From Eledone cirrhosa (Eukaryota), in NCBI GenBank assembly GCA_964016885.1, contig OZ024745.1:108190001-108254000 (forward strand): a DNA stretch of 64,000 nucleotides, read 5' to 3'. Below the pieces are notes generated by a model. That model had not been told where the DNA came from. It was given only the letters and a program-made list of their open reading frames with translations, and ran no database searches. Of this stretch, positions 34,957 to 49,427 are shown piece by piece (the first letter of the stretch is position 1; each line of letters begins with the position of its first letter). Position numbers and translations under genes: made by a program.

Positions 34957-36683
34957 AATGCAGTTCGGGTTTGTGTCAGGCAAAAGTACCACAGACGCTC
35001 TTTTCATAGTACGACAACTACAAGAGAAGTACCTAGCTAAAGGTAAACCCCTCTACTTAGCTTTTGTCGACTTGGAGAAAGCCTTCGACAGAGTCCCCCG
35101 CTCCATTATCTGGTGGGCTCTTAGAAAACTAGGCGTTGACGAATGGCTTGTGAGGGCTATACAAGCCATGTATAAAGAAACAGTCAGCAAGGTTAGAATT
35201 AACAACGAATATAGTGAAGAGTTTAGCGTAAAAGTCGGCGTCCATCAGGGCTCTGTTCTCAGTCCACTACTATTTATTATTGCCCTTCAGGCCATAACAG
35301 AGGAGTTCAAGACAGGCTGCCCATGGGAACTCCTATACGCAGACGACCTGACACTCATAGCGGAATCAATGGCCGAGCTAGAGAAGAAATTCCAAACATG
35401 GAAGCACGGCCTAGAGTCAAAAGGACTTAAAATTAACCTGGCTAAGACCAAAGTACTAGTTTGTAGGAAAGAAAACAAGGCGGCGGTCCCTTCTGGGAAA
35501 TGGTCGTGCTCGGTGTGTAGGAAAGGCGTAGGTAGAAACTCCATTTTATGTCCTAAATGCAAAGTATGGGTGCATAAAAGATGTAGTGGGATCACAGGTA
35601 GGCTAACTAAGAACATAGATTTTACATGTGGCCGGTGCTCTGGTGCAATAAGTAGCAGCAAGTGCCCACAAACTACTAGCTCTTTCAATTGCGCAGAGGG
35701 TTCTATAGAAATAGTGGACAGCTTCCGTTACCTGGGCGATAAAATCAGCAGTGGGGGAGGGTGCTCTGAAAGTACTGTAGCTAGAGTCAGAACTGGTTGG
35801 AAAAAGTTCAGAGAGCTTATACCACTATTAGCTGCTAAAGGGTTCTCACTAAAAATGAAAGGCAGGTTGTACGATGCCTGCATACGAACAGCAATGCTGC
35901 ATGGCAGTGAGACCTGGGCATTGTGTGCAGAGGATATACGCAGACTAGAGAGGAACGAAGCTTGCATGCTCCGCTGGATGTGTAACAGTAATATACGTGA
36001 ACGGCAAAGCATAAACGAACTAAGGAATAAATTAGAGATAAGAGGGATCAGATGTTGTTTACTCGAGAGAAGGCTACGTTGGTATGGACACGTGATGCGC
36101 ATGAAAGTCGATAGCTGTATAACAAAGTGCAGGGCAATAAAGATAGACGGTAGTCACGGAATAGGCAGACCTAGAAAAACCTGGGACGAGCTGATAAACT
36201 CCGACATCACACACTTACACCTCTCCAAGACAATGTCACTGGACCGAGACCTTTGGCGGTACTCAGTAACAGAGAAGACCCGCCTTACCTAAATATATAG
36301 TAAAACCTACTCCAGCCAGTAGGCATCTCTAACAAATACACCCCGTCCCACCACCCCCACCCGATCCACACCACCCCGTTCTATGTAAAGTTATGTTGGT
36401 GCCGCGCCATCGAGGCCGAAACAAATGAGATCGTGTAGGTGTCACGACAAAAAACACACAGTCCACGCTGTAATGTGGCCGTGTAGGCAACACGGTAAAA
36501 ACCTCCCAGACCCACACTGTAAATGTGGTTGGTGTTAGGAAGGGCATCCAACTGTAGAAAACCTGCCAGACAGTCCTATGCGAGCAAGACAATCACTCTT
36601 GCCTCAAGTGGGACTACCCCCGTCCAAACCCATGCAAGCGTGGAACACGGACGTTAAACGCTCATGATGATGATGATGATGAT
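34957..36683 (+). mobile_element. Young 5'-truncated RTE LINE with 3' UTR and (GAT)n tail
   Basis: Uninterrupted RT ORF, UTR module shared with SINEs, (GAT)n tail; same compound microsatellite on both sides. Confidence 0.92.
34958..36292 (+). CDS. RTE-clade reverse transcriptase (partial) with PHD-type zinc finger inserted
   Basis: [59 protein letters not shown]; Cys4-His-Cys3 at ~35501-35640. Confidence 0.92.
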   Translation: MQFGFVSGKSTTDALFIVRQLQEKYLAKGKPLYLAFVDLEKAFDRVPRSIIWWALRKLGVDEWLVRAIQAMYKETVSKVRINNEYSEEFSVKVGVHQGSVLSPLLFIIALQAITEEFKTGCPWELLYADDLTLIAESMAELEKKFQTWKHGLESKGLKINLAKTKVLVCRKENKAAVPSGKWSCSVCRKGVGRNSILCPKCKVWVHKRCSGITGRLTKNIDFTCGRCSGAISSSKCPQTTSSFNCAEGSIEIVDSFRYLGDKISSGGGCSESTVARVRTGWKKFRELIPLLAAKGFSLKMKGRLYDACIRTAMLHGSETWALCAEDIRRLERNEACMLRWMCNSNIRERQSINELRNKLEIRGIRCCLLERRLRWYGHVMRMKVDSCITKCRAIKIDGSHGIGRPRKTWDELINSDITHLHLSKTMSLDRDLWRYSVTEKTRLT

Positions 36684-36701
36684 ATATATGTATAAATATC
36701 G

Positions 36702-36741
<40 letters not shown>

Positions 36742-36747
36742 ATATCA

Positions 36748-36779
<32 letters not shown>

Positions 36780-36957
36780 AAATATCGATATATATATATA
36801 CATATCATCATTATCATCATCATCATTTTACGTCCGCTTTTCCCTACTTGCAAGGGTGGGATGGGTTTTAAATATATATATATCTATAAATATCGATATA
36901 TATATATATATATATGTATAAATATCGATATATATATATATATATGTATAAATATCG

Positions 36958-37022
<65 letters not shown>

Positions 37023-37365
37023 CACATACATACACAGCACAAATATACACATACAAGTTCACAGAGACACACATCAAAATGTAATCGCCAAGTTTTTTGG
37101 CTTTTTCTTCACAGTCGAAATATACAGTCTTGGGTGTTATTATGTGTGCATGTTACGGGGTTGATAAAATAAAGTACCAGTAATGCACTGGGTAATTGCT
37201 GGCCTTGTGCCAAAAGTAGAAACAATTATGTGTGCATGTAGGTATGAGTATGAAAAGTATTGATACATAATAAACACACAAACATACACATGAGCACCAT
37301 TTCTGCTATACATACATATAAAAAAAAGTTTTTTGTTTTAATCAGTCCTGCCACACGTATGCATA

Positions 37366-37435
<70 letters not shown>

Positions 37436-37476
37436 TATATATATACACACACACGTGTACATATATACATATACAC

Positions 37477-37509
<33 letters not shown>

Positions 37510-37804
37510 CACACGTGTACACATATACATATACATATATATATATATAAATATATACATATAGTTATATATATCTAAATATATATATATATATAAAAAT
37601 ATATATATATGTAAATATAAATATATATATCTAAATATATACATATATATATATATAAATAAATAGAAGCAAATATATACATATATATATATATATAAAT
37701 ATATAGAAGCAAATATATATATAAATATATACATATATATATATATATATAAATATATAGAAGCAAATATATACTTATATATATATATAAATATATAGAA
37801 GCAA

Positions 37805-37846
<42 letters not shown>

Positions 37847-38201
37847 ATGTGTGTGTATATATATATGTGTGTACACACACACACACACACACAGAATGAC
37901 ATCAGCAACACCATCACTTGAACACATTGTCCATGCAGTATTTCAAATCAATTTACTTCACTAAGTCCGCTTCATTTATCAATCAGAGCATAAAGCAGTA
38001 GCGTGAACAGTTGAACACATTCATTGCTGTCACCGTGTCAAATATAGATAGCTTCAATTCTTTCACTCTCTACAGGAGATTCTGGGGCTGGGGCCTTTTT
38101 TTTTATTTTTTTTTTTTTATTATTTTTGGTTTTTGAACTGATTCTTCACGTACAGACACATATGCATTCATATACACATAGGCACACACAACACACACAC
38201 A

Positions 38202-38249
<48 letters not shown>

Positions 38250-38728
38250 ATATATGTGTGTGTGAATAAGATCTGTCCCACCCTTGCAAGCAGGGAAAAG
38301 CAGACGTATGATGATGATGATGATGATGATGTGTGTGTGTGTTTGTGCTTACATGAGTGTGCCTATGTAAGTATCGCAGTAAGTGTATCAAAAGATCTAC
38401 CTATCTGTATGTGGGCACGTGCATGTATGTATAAACACACATGCGCTTTCACTTCAACTTTCAAGTCACTCCATTTCAAATGTGGATCTACCCAATCCCT
38501 CCCATACTTCCTAACACATTCATTTATTCAATTTTATTGTATTTTTCTTTTACGATTGTTGTAAATATTTATGTATATATAAAGCTGTTGTTCTCTGTCT
38601 AACCCCTTAAAAAATACTTCTTGTGTTTGACTCTCTAGCTCATAAATGACCAAACATGAAGAAAAACTTGCATGAATTTTATGTTTCTTTAAACACACAC
38701 ACACACAGATATATATAGATATATATAT

Positions 38729-38770
<42 letters not shown>

Positions 38771-39024
38771 GTTTAACGTCCATGTTCCACGCTTGCATGG
38801 GTTTGGACGGGAGTTTTCCCACTTGAGGCAAGAGTGGTTGTCTTGCTCGCATAGGACTGTCTGGCGGGTTTTCTACAGCTGGATGCCCTTCCTAACACCA
38901 ACCACATTGACAGTGTGGGGCTGGGAGGTTTTTACCGTGTTGCCTACACGGCCACATTACAGCATGGACTGTGTGTTTTTTTTGCCGTGACACCTACACG
39001 ATCTCATTTGTTTCGGCCTGGATG

Positions 39025-39068
<44 letters not shown>

Positions 39069-40199
39069 ATGATGATGATGATGATGATATATAGCATTAA
39101 TGGGATGTGAGAAAAACTGGGCATAGGAAAGATTGGAGCCAATGTACAACAGAGAGGACTGCATTTGTAAGGCCATATTATGTATATGAAGGATGTGAAC
39201 TGCAAAAGAAGTGAAGAACCCTACACTCAAAGGAGAACTCAAGAAATATAGGGAATATATATGAAGGGGTGAAGGCCTCACAAAGTAGGACTTTACAGAG
39301 ATGACAACACAAGATCGTGTTGACTGTCAAAATGTTGTACTACAGAAGTTTCACATTCCCACATGAGAATGAGGAAGGTAGTAGTACAAGACAGAAAGAT
39401 TTAATGATGTTTAAGCTGCTCCCCCCCCCCCACCCCCTTGTATTCCTCCTTCCACTTCTGATCTCCTCCTCACCCATCTAGTACACCCCTCAATGCATAC
39501 TAGATCTACCCCCCTAAAAAAAAATTTACATTGTTGATTCCACTTTCCCTGGTCCAACCCATGCCGGCATGAACACACAAGTGCACCTTCATAGTGAAGT
39601 GCCTGGTGTTGCTCACTCACTCTCTAAAAGACCACCTCCATGACCTAATATTTACTTTCAGTCCTATTCCCAGCCTTGAATTAATCCCTACTTCCCTGTC
39701 CAACCATGCCAGCATGGAAACCTAGATGAACCCCATAATGTATATCCAGGCATCACATACACCCTTTAAGAATACCCCTTCTTCTCTTCTTTAGCAAGCA
39801 GCAAGTGGCTTACCCCTACACCAAAGGTCTTCCAGGTGAAGCAATTCAGTTCCTCCTTGTCAATCTCTAAATGTAATAAAATGCACTACACAAAGGTAGA
39901 TGTGGATCATCCTACCTTCCCAGAACCCAAGGAGGTAGAGGCTTGACCCAGTTTAAACTTACAAAACCACTACAATTGGACTGGCCAAATATCTTGGAGC
40001 AACAAACACCAGATTGCTGAAACTCATTGGAAAATATGAGAGGAGTCAGAAGCTTCACTCGATCTTGAAAGAGAGTAAAATGTGTGCTGTTGATCTCATG
40101 ACTAATATCCAGACTGGACAGACTGAGGTAACTGTGGCAACTGTTGTTGCAAAGGAATTAAAATTAATGGCTAAGAAAAAAGGGCATGAACCATCGCTT

Positions 40200-40455
40200 A
40201 AGATGAGTATCCCATGTGATTACAAAAAAAGAATTTGACAAGCTCAGAAAATATAAAGACTTGAAAATTGAAATTGAAAAAATGTGGCATCTCAAGGTAG
40301 TCACAATACCAGTGATTGTAGGAGCACTAGGAATGATAAAAAAGGGACAGGAAATTATTTTAGAATGACCCTGGCTTAATGTTACTGCAAGAAGTGTAAA
40401 AAATTATTTTAACTGGTATGGCACACTTATTGAGAAGAGCACAATTGCTATGAGA
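40200..40455 (+). pseudogene. Degenerate restriction-like endonuclease LINE 3' end (R4/NeSL-like)
   Basis: SIPCD...KYKDLKIEIEKMWHLKVVTIPVIVGALGMIKK with stops or frameshifts; resembles 59330-59660. Confidence 0.7.
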
Positions 40456-41963
40456 AAGATAATTATCTATGTAATTTTCTTACTTAACTTTATTATATTG
40501 TATTCCATAATTATGTAAGTTGTAAATAATTGAGCACTTTTATATGATTGAATATCATTCTGTTGTAAATATGATTTTAAATAGATAACGTACACATGTA
40601 TAAAGTAAATGATATACTAGTAACTGTGTAAAGTGTGTGGTGTGAACAATCTGGTGTGTTTATTTTTGTTGCCTATCAATGTATACAGTGCGTTACTTTG
40701 CCCATGGTGTTGGGAAGACACTCAGCAAAAAATGGAAACAAAACTGAAGGGGAAAACAACACAAATAATAATAATAATTGTTTCTACTTTAGGCACAATG
40801 CCAGCAATTTGGGAGGAAGGAAAAGTCAGTGCATTACTGATGCTTTATTTATCGACCCCATAAAGATGAAAGGCAAAGCTAACTTGAGCTGGATTTGAAC
40901 TCAGAACATAAAGGGCCATAACTATGCTGCAAAGCATAGTGTCCTGATACTGCCAATCCACCACCCTTGTAATAAATAATTGTTTCTACTTTTGGCACAA
41001 GGCCAGCAACTACCTCAGTGCATTACTGGTACTTTATTTTATCGACGCTGTAAGGATGAAAGGCAAAGTTAACCTCGGCGAGATTTGAACTCAGGCTGTA
41101 ACGCTATGCTGCAAAGCATAGCATCCGACCCTCTACTGATACTGCCAATTCACTACCTTGTAATAAACAATAATAACAAAAGTCAACTCAGAACAGTTCT
41201 GCAATAAGAAGAGATGGCACATGGAGAGCCCTGTATTACTCTGTTGCATCAAGAACATTGAAAGTGCCCTCTCCCACTGATTCGGGGCACCTCAAGCACA
41301 ACTCCAAATTAACCTGACACACCAAACACAACTGCTTTCTTCAATTCCTGCCACCAGCCTATAGCCTCATGGTTAATATGAGTACATTTAGCTACAATTA
41401 TTTCACCACGCTCACCCACCTTTTTATGACATTTACTGGAGGGAAGCACCCTTCTCTCTCTCTCTACACCCAGCTTCCTTCTCAAGTGGTATGTGATGAA
41501 GTTTAATATAGAAATTATTAATCACTGTTTATCAATTGTTTTGGTATTATATATACATGACTCTAGTATAATAGGTTTTTTTTTTTACACCTTCCAACTC
41601 TTTAAATTGTTAGCAGGGCTGTGTGAAATTTATTTATCTAGAGAAGCAATTTTACTGACAGTGTACCAATAATGGGGAAGGAGTGAGTAGGTGGGAAGGT
41701 GCATGTGTGTGGTTATGTGAGTGAGTGTGCATGTGCATGTGCATGTGTGTGCGTGTGTGTGTGTTTATGTGGGTGAGTTTTCCTCCCAATCATCTCCTTG
41801 GCTCTTTCAGCTGTTTATATTCATTCTATGATTTAAACACTCAACACAAGAAATTTGCCCCTTCCAACTCATCATATACATATATGTATAAATTGTCTAT
41901 GTGGGCAACTCTATGCGGGGGCGTGAGAAGTTATGTATATATGTATATAGCTAGATAGACAGA

Positions 41964-42004
<41 letters not shown>

Positions 42005-42855
42005 ATACACACACACACATACATGTGTAAGCATATCTTTTTATATGTACATGTATGTGTGTGTGTATGTATATATATATATACACACACACACATACAT
42101 GCACACATATAGACATTTGAATAGGATTTAGAGTCTGATGATGATGATGATGATAATAATACACACATACCAAATGATATATAACCAAATAAAAGATATG
42201 AACCCTCACATATAGGTATAAAATATCATGCCGACTTCTACAAAAATAAAAATAATAAAAACTGTGTTTTTACAGGAACAAGAAATCATGTGTAAAGTCA
42301 GAATATATGCCTGTGGGTGAGAGCTAAATAAATATATTTTAGAATTCAATCTGTATACTCAGATTTAAGAAGAAAAAAAAATTTGCCTGGGGAGCTCTGC
42401 TAAGTTATAAACCATAAGATCAGTGCTTAACATAGGCACTAGGTCACAAATTTTAGGGAAAAATATAACTGATTAAATAGACCGTAGATATTGATTTGTA
42501 CTCATTTTATCAACCCTAGAAGGATATATCTTTGAAAAATGTTTGTTTTGTATGATTATGCAAAACATAAACTAAATAAGCATAGAATGAAAGACTCACA
42601 GTATTTATAAACTCCAAATAATATTTGTTACCAATAGTAAGTCTTTACTTCAAAGTTTCCCTGAAAATATTGACTTATTAAAACAGGGCAAGTAAAATAA
42701 ACATTTTCCTATACATAGTTACTGAGTTACTGCTACAAATAGGGTGAGGTTCAGTACAATAGCACTGTTTTGAGAAAACCCTAGTTTCTGCAAAACTTCA
42801 ATGTAAACAACCACAAAAGACACTTGAATTGTTATGACATTATTATTTTTGCATA

Positions 42856-42955
42856 TTAAATAAAGGATAAATATCCCATAACTCCTTGTGGAGTCATAGA
42901 AGCACCGACATACGGTGTGTCTTTTAAACCTAGCGGAGCCCAACCCTCTCCAGGT
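42856..42955 (-). CDS. Possible terminal exon (PGEGWAPLGLKDTPYVGASMTPQGVMGYLSFI*)
   Basis: GC-richer unique patch, TATTCAG acceptor, phase-compatible with 53428-53500; weak pyrimidine tract. Confidence 0.3.
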
Positions 42956-43694
42956 CTGAATACAGTCAATTTTTTCTATAGAGGAAGAATTGACCCCAGA
43001 ACTGGACTAGTACTTTATTTTTTAAAGACCTCGAAAGGATATAAGACAAAATTGACTACGGCAGGATTTGAACTCAGGGTGTGCAATGAGGGGGGATGAA
43101 TACTGTAAAGCATTCTATCCGACGTCTTAATGACTCTGCCAATTCACCGCCTAACCTTGCATATTACTTAAAGAATGGGACAAAACAAAAACAAACTATT
43201 CTAATCATCAGCTTCCAGTTTGGGACATTAGTTAGTTTTCAGTAGTTAAGGTAGAAACCAAAGTCCTACTGAACTCTACTGGTGTGAAAGAGCCAAACAT
43301 AGACAAGATGCTGCGCAGAAATATATGACTGATGTATAGTAAAGTAATCATACGATCATGTATAATTGATAGACCACATAAGATAGAAATAACAAAAGAG
43401 AATGAAAAATATACATATCAGGGATAAGGCACAATGGAATGTTAGGACAAAAATACAGTGTAGAACTGTATGATATGCTAATCAAACAATCCATATAACA
43501 GTTAGAATAAAATGCTATAAACAATGAAAATGGTGTTGGAAAAGAATAAGGGCTTTTCAGCACAGAGTAAGACACACGTGTGGCATACATGGTTATTTGA
43601 TATTGATTATACACATAAATTTGGACAGGCAGCCATCAGTTTAGCATGTGAATTACTCATTGTCTTGTGGTAAATCATACCAAAACACAAACAC

Positions 43695-43740
<46 letters not shown>

Positions 43741-43809
43741 TCTGCAGTGCTGAGACTGGGGAGACCAGGAATCGTGGGAGTTCACAATGCATGGGGAGAT
43801 GCAAAATGG

Positions 43810-44540
43810 ATATTGAGATATGTACGAAAGGCCAGTTATATGATGCCTGTGTGAGGTGTGCGATGCTGCATGGTAGTGAGACATGGGCAGCAACTGCAGA
43901 GGATATGCGACGGCTGGAGAGAAATGAGGCAAGCATACTCCACTAGATGTGCCATGTCAATGTACGTGAACGACCGAGCATGGATGTGTTGAGAGAGAAA
44001 CTGTGTTTAACTCTTTAATGTTCAAACCAGCCAAAACTTCCCAGAATTCTCTACCTCTTTCTGTTGAAACTGGCTGTAACTGGTTGCTCAAACTGATGTT
44101 AAGGTATTGTTCTCAAAATAAATACTTTCAAAATCTCATAGATTCGATATTATGTGAGATAATTATGTGAGGTAAAGCCTTTACCATGAAAATATAATAG
44201 TATATATAGAGTAATGTAAATGCTAAAGGGTTAAGAGGGATAAGTTGTAGTGTGCGGGAGAGAAGACTGCGATGGTATGGACATGTGATGCGCATGGAGG
44301 ATGACCGCTGGGTAAAGAAGTGCCAAGAAATGCCAGTGGAAGGAAGATGCAGTAGAGCAAGACTACGAAAAACATGGGCGGAGGTGGTGAGAGCAGACCT
44401 CAGATTGCTGAAGCTCATGGAGGAGATGATGAAGGACCGTGAGAGGAGTGGAGAGATGCTGTTCTGAATAGGACCCGTCCCACCCTTGCAAGCAGGGAAA
44501 AGCAGACGTAAAATGCTGCTGCTAGTGATGATGATGATGA
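43810..44540 (+). mobile_element. RTE LINE 3' fragment interrupted by a TTAA MITE (44007-44234)
   Basis: [16 protein letters not shown]...REKLC|[17 protein letters not shown]; the frame rejoins across the duplicated TTAA. Confidence 0.85.
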
Positions 44541-44589
44541 TATGCACACACATATGTATACTTGAACAATAAAAACAGAAGTCAGGTGT

Positions 44590-44627
<38 letters not shown>

Positions 44628-44737
44628 TTCCTTACCACACCTCCTTCGTTATATATATATATATATATAGGGAAGCTTGTTGTTGGGCTCACTAGGCTTG
44701 TTGTTGTTGTTGTGGTGATGGTGTGGTGTGTGTGTGC

Positions 44738-44841
<104 letters not shown>

Positions 44842-44846
44842 ATATG

Positions 44847-44881
<35 letters not shown>

Positions 44882-44884
44882 CCT

Positions 44885-45360
44885 TATCTATTATCATTGG
44901 CATCATGTTGAAAGAGGTTGTTTGGTGGACACGATTGAAAGGTCTGAGGTCAGGCAACTTCCTCTCTGGCCATAGTCTGGTCTACTTCTTCCGATATCAC
45001 TTCGGAAGAAGGATAAGAATGGAGAGAGAGGTGCTTGGCCACAGCCAGTTTTATGAAAGGTGGGTGATAGTGGCGAGAATGGCTCGTGTAAATGGGCCTT
45101 CTCTGTATACCATCCTGTAGGTAAAGAAGTAAAGGAGAGGGTAGCACCTTCTCCATGTGCTCCCCGGGCAAAGGATTGCACACTTTTTCGGGGGGGTCTG
45201 CAACCCCCATCACGTCCCCTCCCTTTTGAGGTTATTTTCGATTATTTTCATGTTATACCCTTTTTACTCGATTGTATGTAAACTCCCCCCTTTGTATTTG
45301 TCCCTTCTTTTTATGCCTTTATGGTAAATAAAGAAACATATCTATTATCATTGGCATCAT
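44885..45360 (+). mobile_element. 5'-truncated L1/Tx1-like LINE with 22-bp target-site duplication
   Basis: TATCTATTATCATTGGCATCAT at 44885-44906 and 45339-45360; ORF end [13 protein letters not shown]...FYERWV; AATAAA near the 3' end. Clade assignment is tentative. Confidence 0.7.
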
Positions 45361-48300
45361 CGTTTAGTATCTATTTTCCATGCTTGCATGGGTTAGATGA
45401 GTTGTCTCATTGTGAGACAAATCAGATCAGGTGACTGTTTTGCTCACACAGAACTGTTTCTGGGTTGGTTTCTATGGCTGGATGCATTTCCTAATGCCAA
45501 CCATATTACAGCATGGACTGAGTGCTCTTTATTGTGGCACCAAAACAACCATCTGACAGGCTGGATGGGTACTTTTTCATCGTGTCACCCGCACAATGAC
45601 CTTACAGGATGGACTGTGAGTTTCAATCATCAATATCATTTAACGTTCACTTTTCCTGCTAACAAAGGTTGCATGAATGGAAAAGAATGAAACGAAATTT
45701 CATTTCTCACTCTTAGTATGGCTGGTACTTAAATGTAAGTATGTATGTATACGTACATACATATATGTATACAGACGTACAGTAGTATGTATATATATAT
45801 ATACATACATGGAGGCACATGGCTTAGTGGTTAGAGCATTGGCCTTGCAATCGAAAGGTTGTGAGTTCAATTCTCAGACCGGGTGATGTGTTGTTTCCTT
45901 GAGCAAGACACTTTATTTCACATTGCTCCAGTTTACCCAGCTGTAGAAATGAGATGATAGGGACTGGGGTCCCTATCATTCCACTGCAAAGTGGTCGTGG
46001 AGGTGCCACGGCAAAAAAGCACCCAGCACTCACTGTAAATGAGGTTGGTGTTAGGAAGGGCATCCAGCTGTAGAAATCAAGCCAGAATCAGTTCCTGTCC
46101 CACCCTTGCAAGCAGGGAAAAGTGGACGTAAAATGAAATGATGATGATGATGATGATACATGGACACATATATATATATATGTACGTATGGGTTTACCGA
46201 ACATTTATATTTAAGGTATATAAGATCGCATGGTTTATCACAAAACAATTCAGTAATTAGAGCTACTGACCTCTCAGAGAGGTTGGGGACTGCTTGTCAC
46301 TTACATGCATTCCGCTCTCTATATAGTGTACCAGGTGCATTTTATCATGACAACAGCACCAAGGAGGAGGCTGGGATGTCTTTACACAACTGAACAGTCT
46401 TCCCGACTCTTTGTTTGGTAAGTTTTCTATGCCCTTGATGCTCACTTAGCTTCCAGTTTATAATATTGAAGCTGTTATTATTATTATTGTTCAAGGGCGG
46501 TGGATTGGCAGTATCGGTAGAGGGTCGGGCGCCATGCTTTGACGCATAGAGTTACGCCCTTTGCCATTCTGAGTTCAAATCCCGCCGAGGTTAACTTTGC
46601 CTTTCATCCTTATGGGGTCGATAAAATAAAGTACCAGTATTACACTGGGTAATTACTGGCCTTGTGCCCAAAGTAGAAACAATTATTATTAGTAGTAGTT
46701 GTAGTCATAGTATTCAAGTTGCAGCAAAGTTAGCTTTGCCTTTCATCCACACGGGTCGATGAAATGAAGCACCAGTAATTCACTGGGGCAATTTAATCGA
46801 CTTTCCCCTCCCTATCAAAATCGTTGGCCTACTGCCTAAAATAGAAACAATTATTATCATCACCAGCATCCTCAGAAGCATCCCCATTAAGGCAATAGAG
46901 TGACAGAATCAGTAGATCAGTAGAGAAAATGCTTTATGGTATTTACTTGTATCCCATTACGTCCCACTAATGTTGACTTTGCTCTTCATCTCCTGGGGAT
47001 TGATAAAATAAGTATCAGTCGAATACTGGAGCTGATTAAATAAACATTCTTAGAAATTATCATTATCATTACTATTATTATCATGGTGATACAAAGTTGG
47101 TTGAGCACTGATTAAGCATCATGCAGAATTTAATTTCATCCTTCTATATTTACAGTTGAACCTCAGTGCAGTTGTTTATATCATTCATCTCTTTACACTC
47201 AATAAAACAGGTACCAGTTACTATTGTTGTTTTTATTGTTGTTTAGTCACATATCAACCCTGATCAAGCTGAGAAACCTAAGATCAAAGGCATTCATGTT
47301 GTCACTATCCTGTCTTATTTTCGGAAATGGTGTACACCAGTTTACATTATCCAATATGTTCTTTTTAAGACAGTAGGGTGTAGTTTCAGGGAGCTTTTGT
47401 CAGCTATTTATGGCTGCTGACCAAGCGACCACATAGTGGCTACATCATTGGCTTGCATTAGAGATATACAAGAGGTTAGTAAAGTCTGCTATACATCCTA
47501 CCTGGAAACACTACAGTTGGAGAGAAGTAAAAATAACTGAGTGTTGACCTAAATTTCTTGTTCTATTTAGTAAATTTGTTTACTTTTTTCATTTTTTTCT
47601 TTTAGTCATCATACTATGACCATGCTGGGGCAGTTGATTACATTGACTCCAGCACTTATTTTATTGATCTCACAAGGTGGTAGACATAAGCTGTCTCCCA
47701 CCTAACATCTGGTCCTTACAAGTCTTCAGTCTCTGTGGCAAGGATTTAGTCAATGTCTCTAGTCTGAGGATAACTTCCTTCCCCCCTCCTCACCAGTCTT
47801 AGAGGCTCTGGAAAAAAGAGGCATACCCTTTTACTTCTGACTTAGCCAATAAAAAGAAAAAAATGGAATTGTACAGAACATAACTAAAGGGTACAAGGCC
47901 TTGTGTACAGCCTTCTGTATAAATTCTGCTAACCATCCAACACATTTTGAGTTCAATTCCCACCAGGGCTGACTATCATGCTCTTGGTTATCTATAAAAT
48001 AAGTATTTATCAGGTCAATAAAATTGTGGTTTCATACCTATGTCAGAAACTCCTCTTTTTCATTGTTTTATGCTCCAAGTTAACCTCGATTAAGCAAACC
48101 AATCATCAAAGGCATTCCTACTAAGACCATCCAATACTTTTAGAAATAGTTTAACTCAAATCAAATTATTCAATGTCTCCTTTCTTAAGGACAATAGATT
48201 ATGATTTGAGAAAGATTTTGGCTGCTATTTCTAGCAGGTCAAATGACCACATAGAGACTCCCTCTTTGGGACTGTTTTTTTTCTGTTATATTCTGAACAT

Positions 48301-49364
48301 TCTCAATTCGTATTCCACCACCACCACCACCACCATTAATGTTTTTCTACTACCAACTAACCTAGACCATGAGAAACTTACTAAATTAAACAGATTATAA
48401 GTTAGGTGGTAATTTGTCAAGTTAATTCAAACAATATTTAATTGTATTGTCCTAGCCAAACTCTTCAGCAAACACAAGGAGCTTTTTCCTTATAGCAAAA
48501 GAATTAACACGTTCTGAGGTTTTACAGTTGTTGTCATCTTGTTAGATTTTCCTTCTTTTCTGTTTATGTTTGCCTTTGAGTATGTTTTGTTTAAATATCC
48601 TTATCACATTATTATTATTATTATTATTATTACTATTATGACAACTGCTACTATTTTTATTGTTGTTACTATCTTTTTTTTTTTTTTTAGATCTCAATCC
48701 CTTCACAAGCACTAGTTATATACAACAATGACTAACAGAAAAACATTGAGAAATGATGATGATGATTCCCCAGACAGTATACACAGTAGCAAATGTCTTT
48801 TTAAGCTTTTATATTTCTATTATGTTATTCTCCATTCATTCACCCCACCACCACCACACACCTCGTTTCCAACTCTCTGCCCCAGCCACTTGGCTAATAT
48901 GAAGACAAAATGGTAAGCTGTTTATTTTTAATGTCCGTAGTGCGAGACAGAATGTCTTTAGTAAGAGTTAGATTACACAGATATTCCTGATGTTCTGATA
49001 GACTTTAGATCTAAGTCACATAATCTCTACAGTATCGTCAAGGAAGCTGTTTTAACTGTTGACCAAGGAATCAGTACAAATAGCTTGTACAATCAAAAGA
49101 ATAGGAAAACGAAAAAAAAAATGAAAAAAAAAACAACTATAAACAAATAAGAAATGAAAAAATACGTGTGATCAAAAATGATAACAATAATGATGAAGAT
49201 GATGATGATGATGATATTGATGATGACAATGATAATAACAAAAAATAATCACTATGATAACAAAAGATGATAATAAGAACAACAATAATAAAATATTAAT
49301 AATAAATATAATAATGAAAATCATAATAAAAATGAATAACAATAATAATTATAATAACAACAAC

Positions 49365-49427
<63 letters not shown>

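Noticed and set aside
45810-45885. tRNA-like sequence (also 56858, 62435, 20280)
   Set aside because: SINE head: no proper acceptor stem and always followed by the SINE body.
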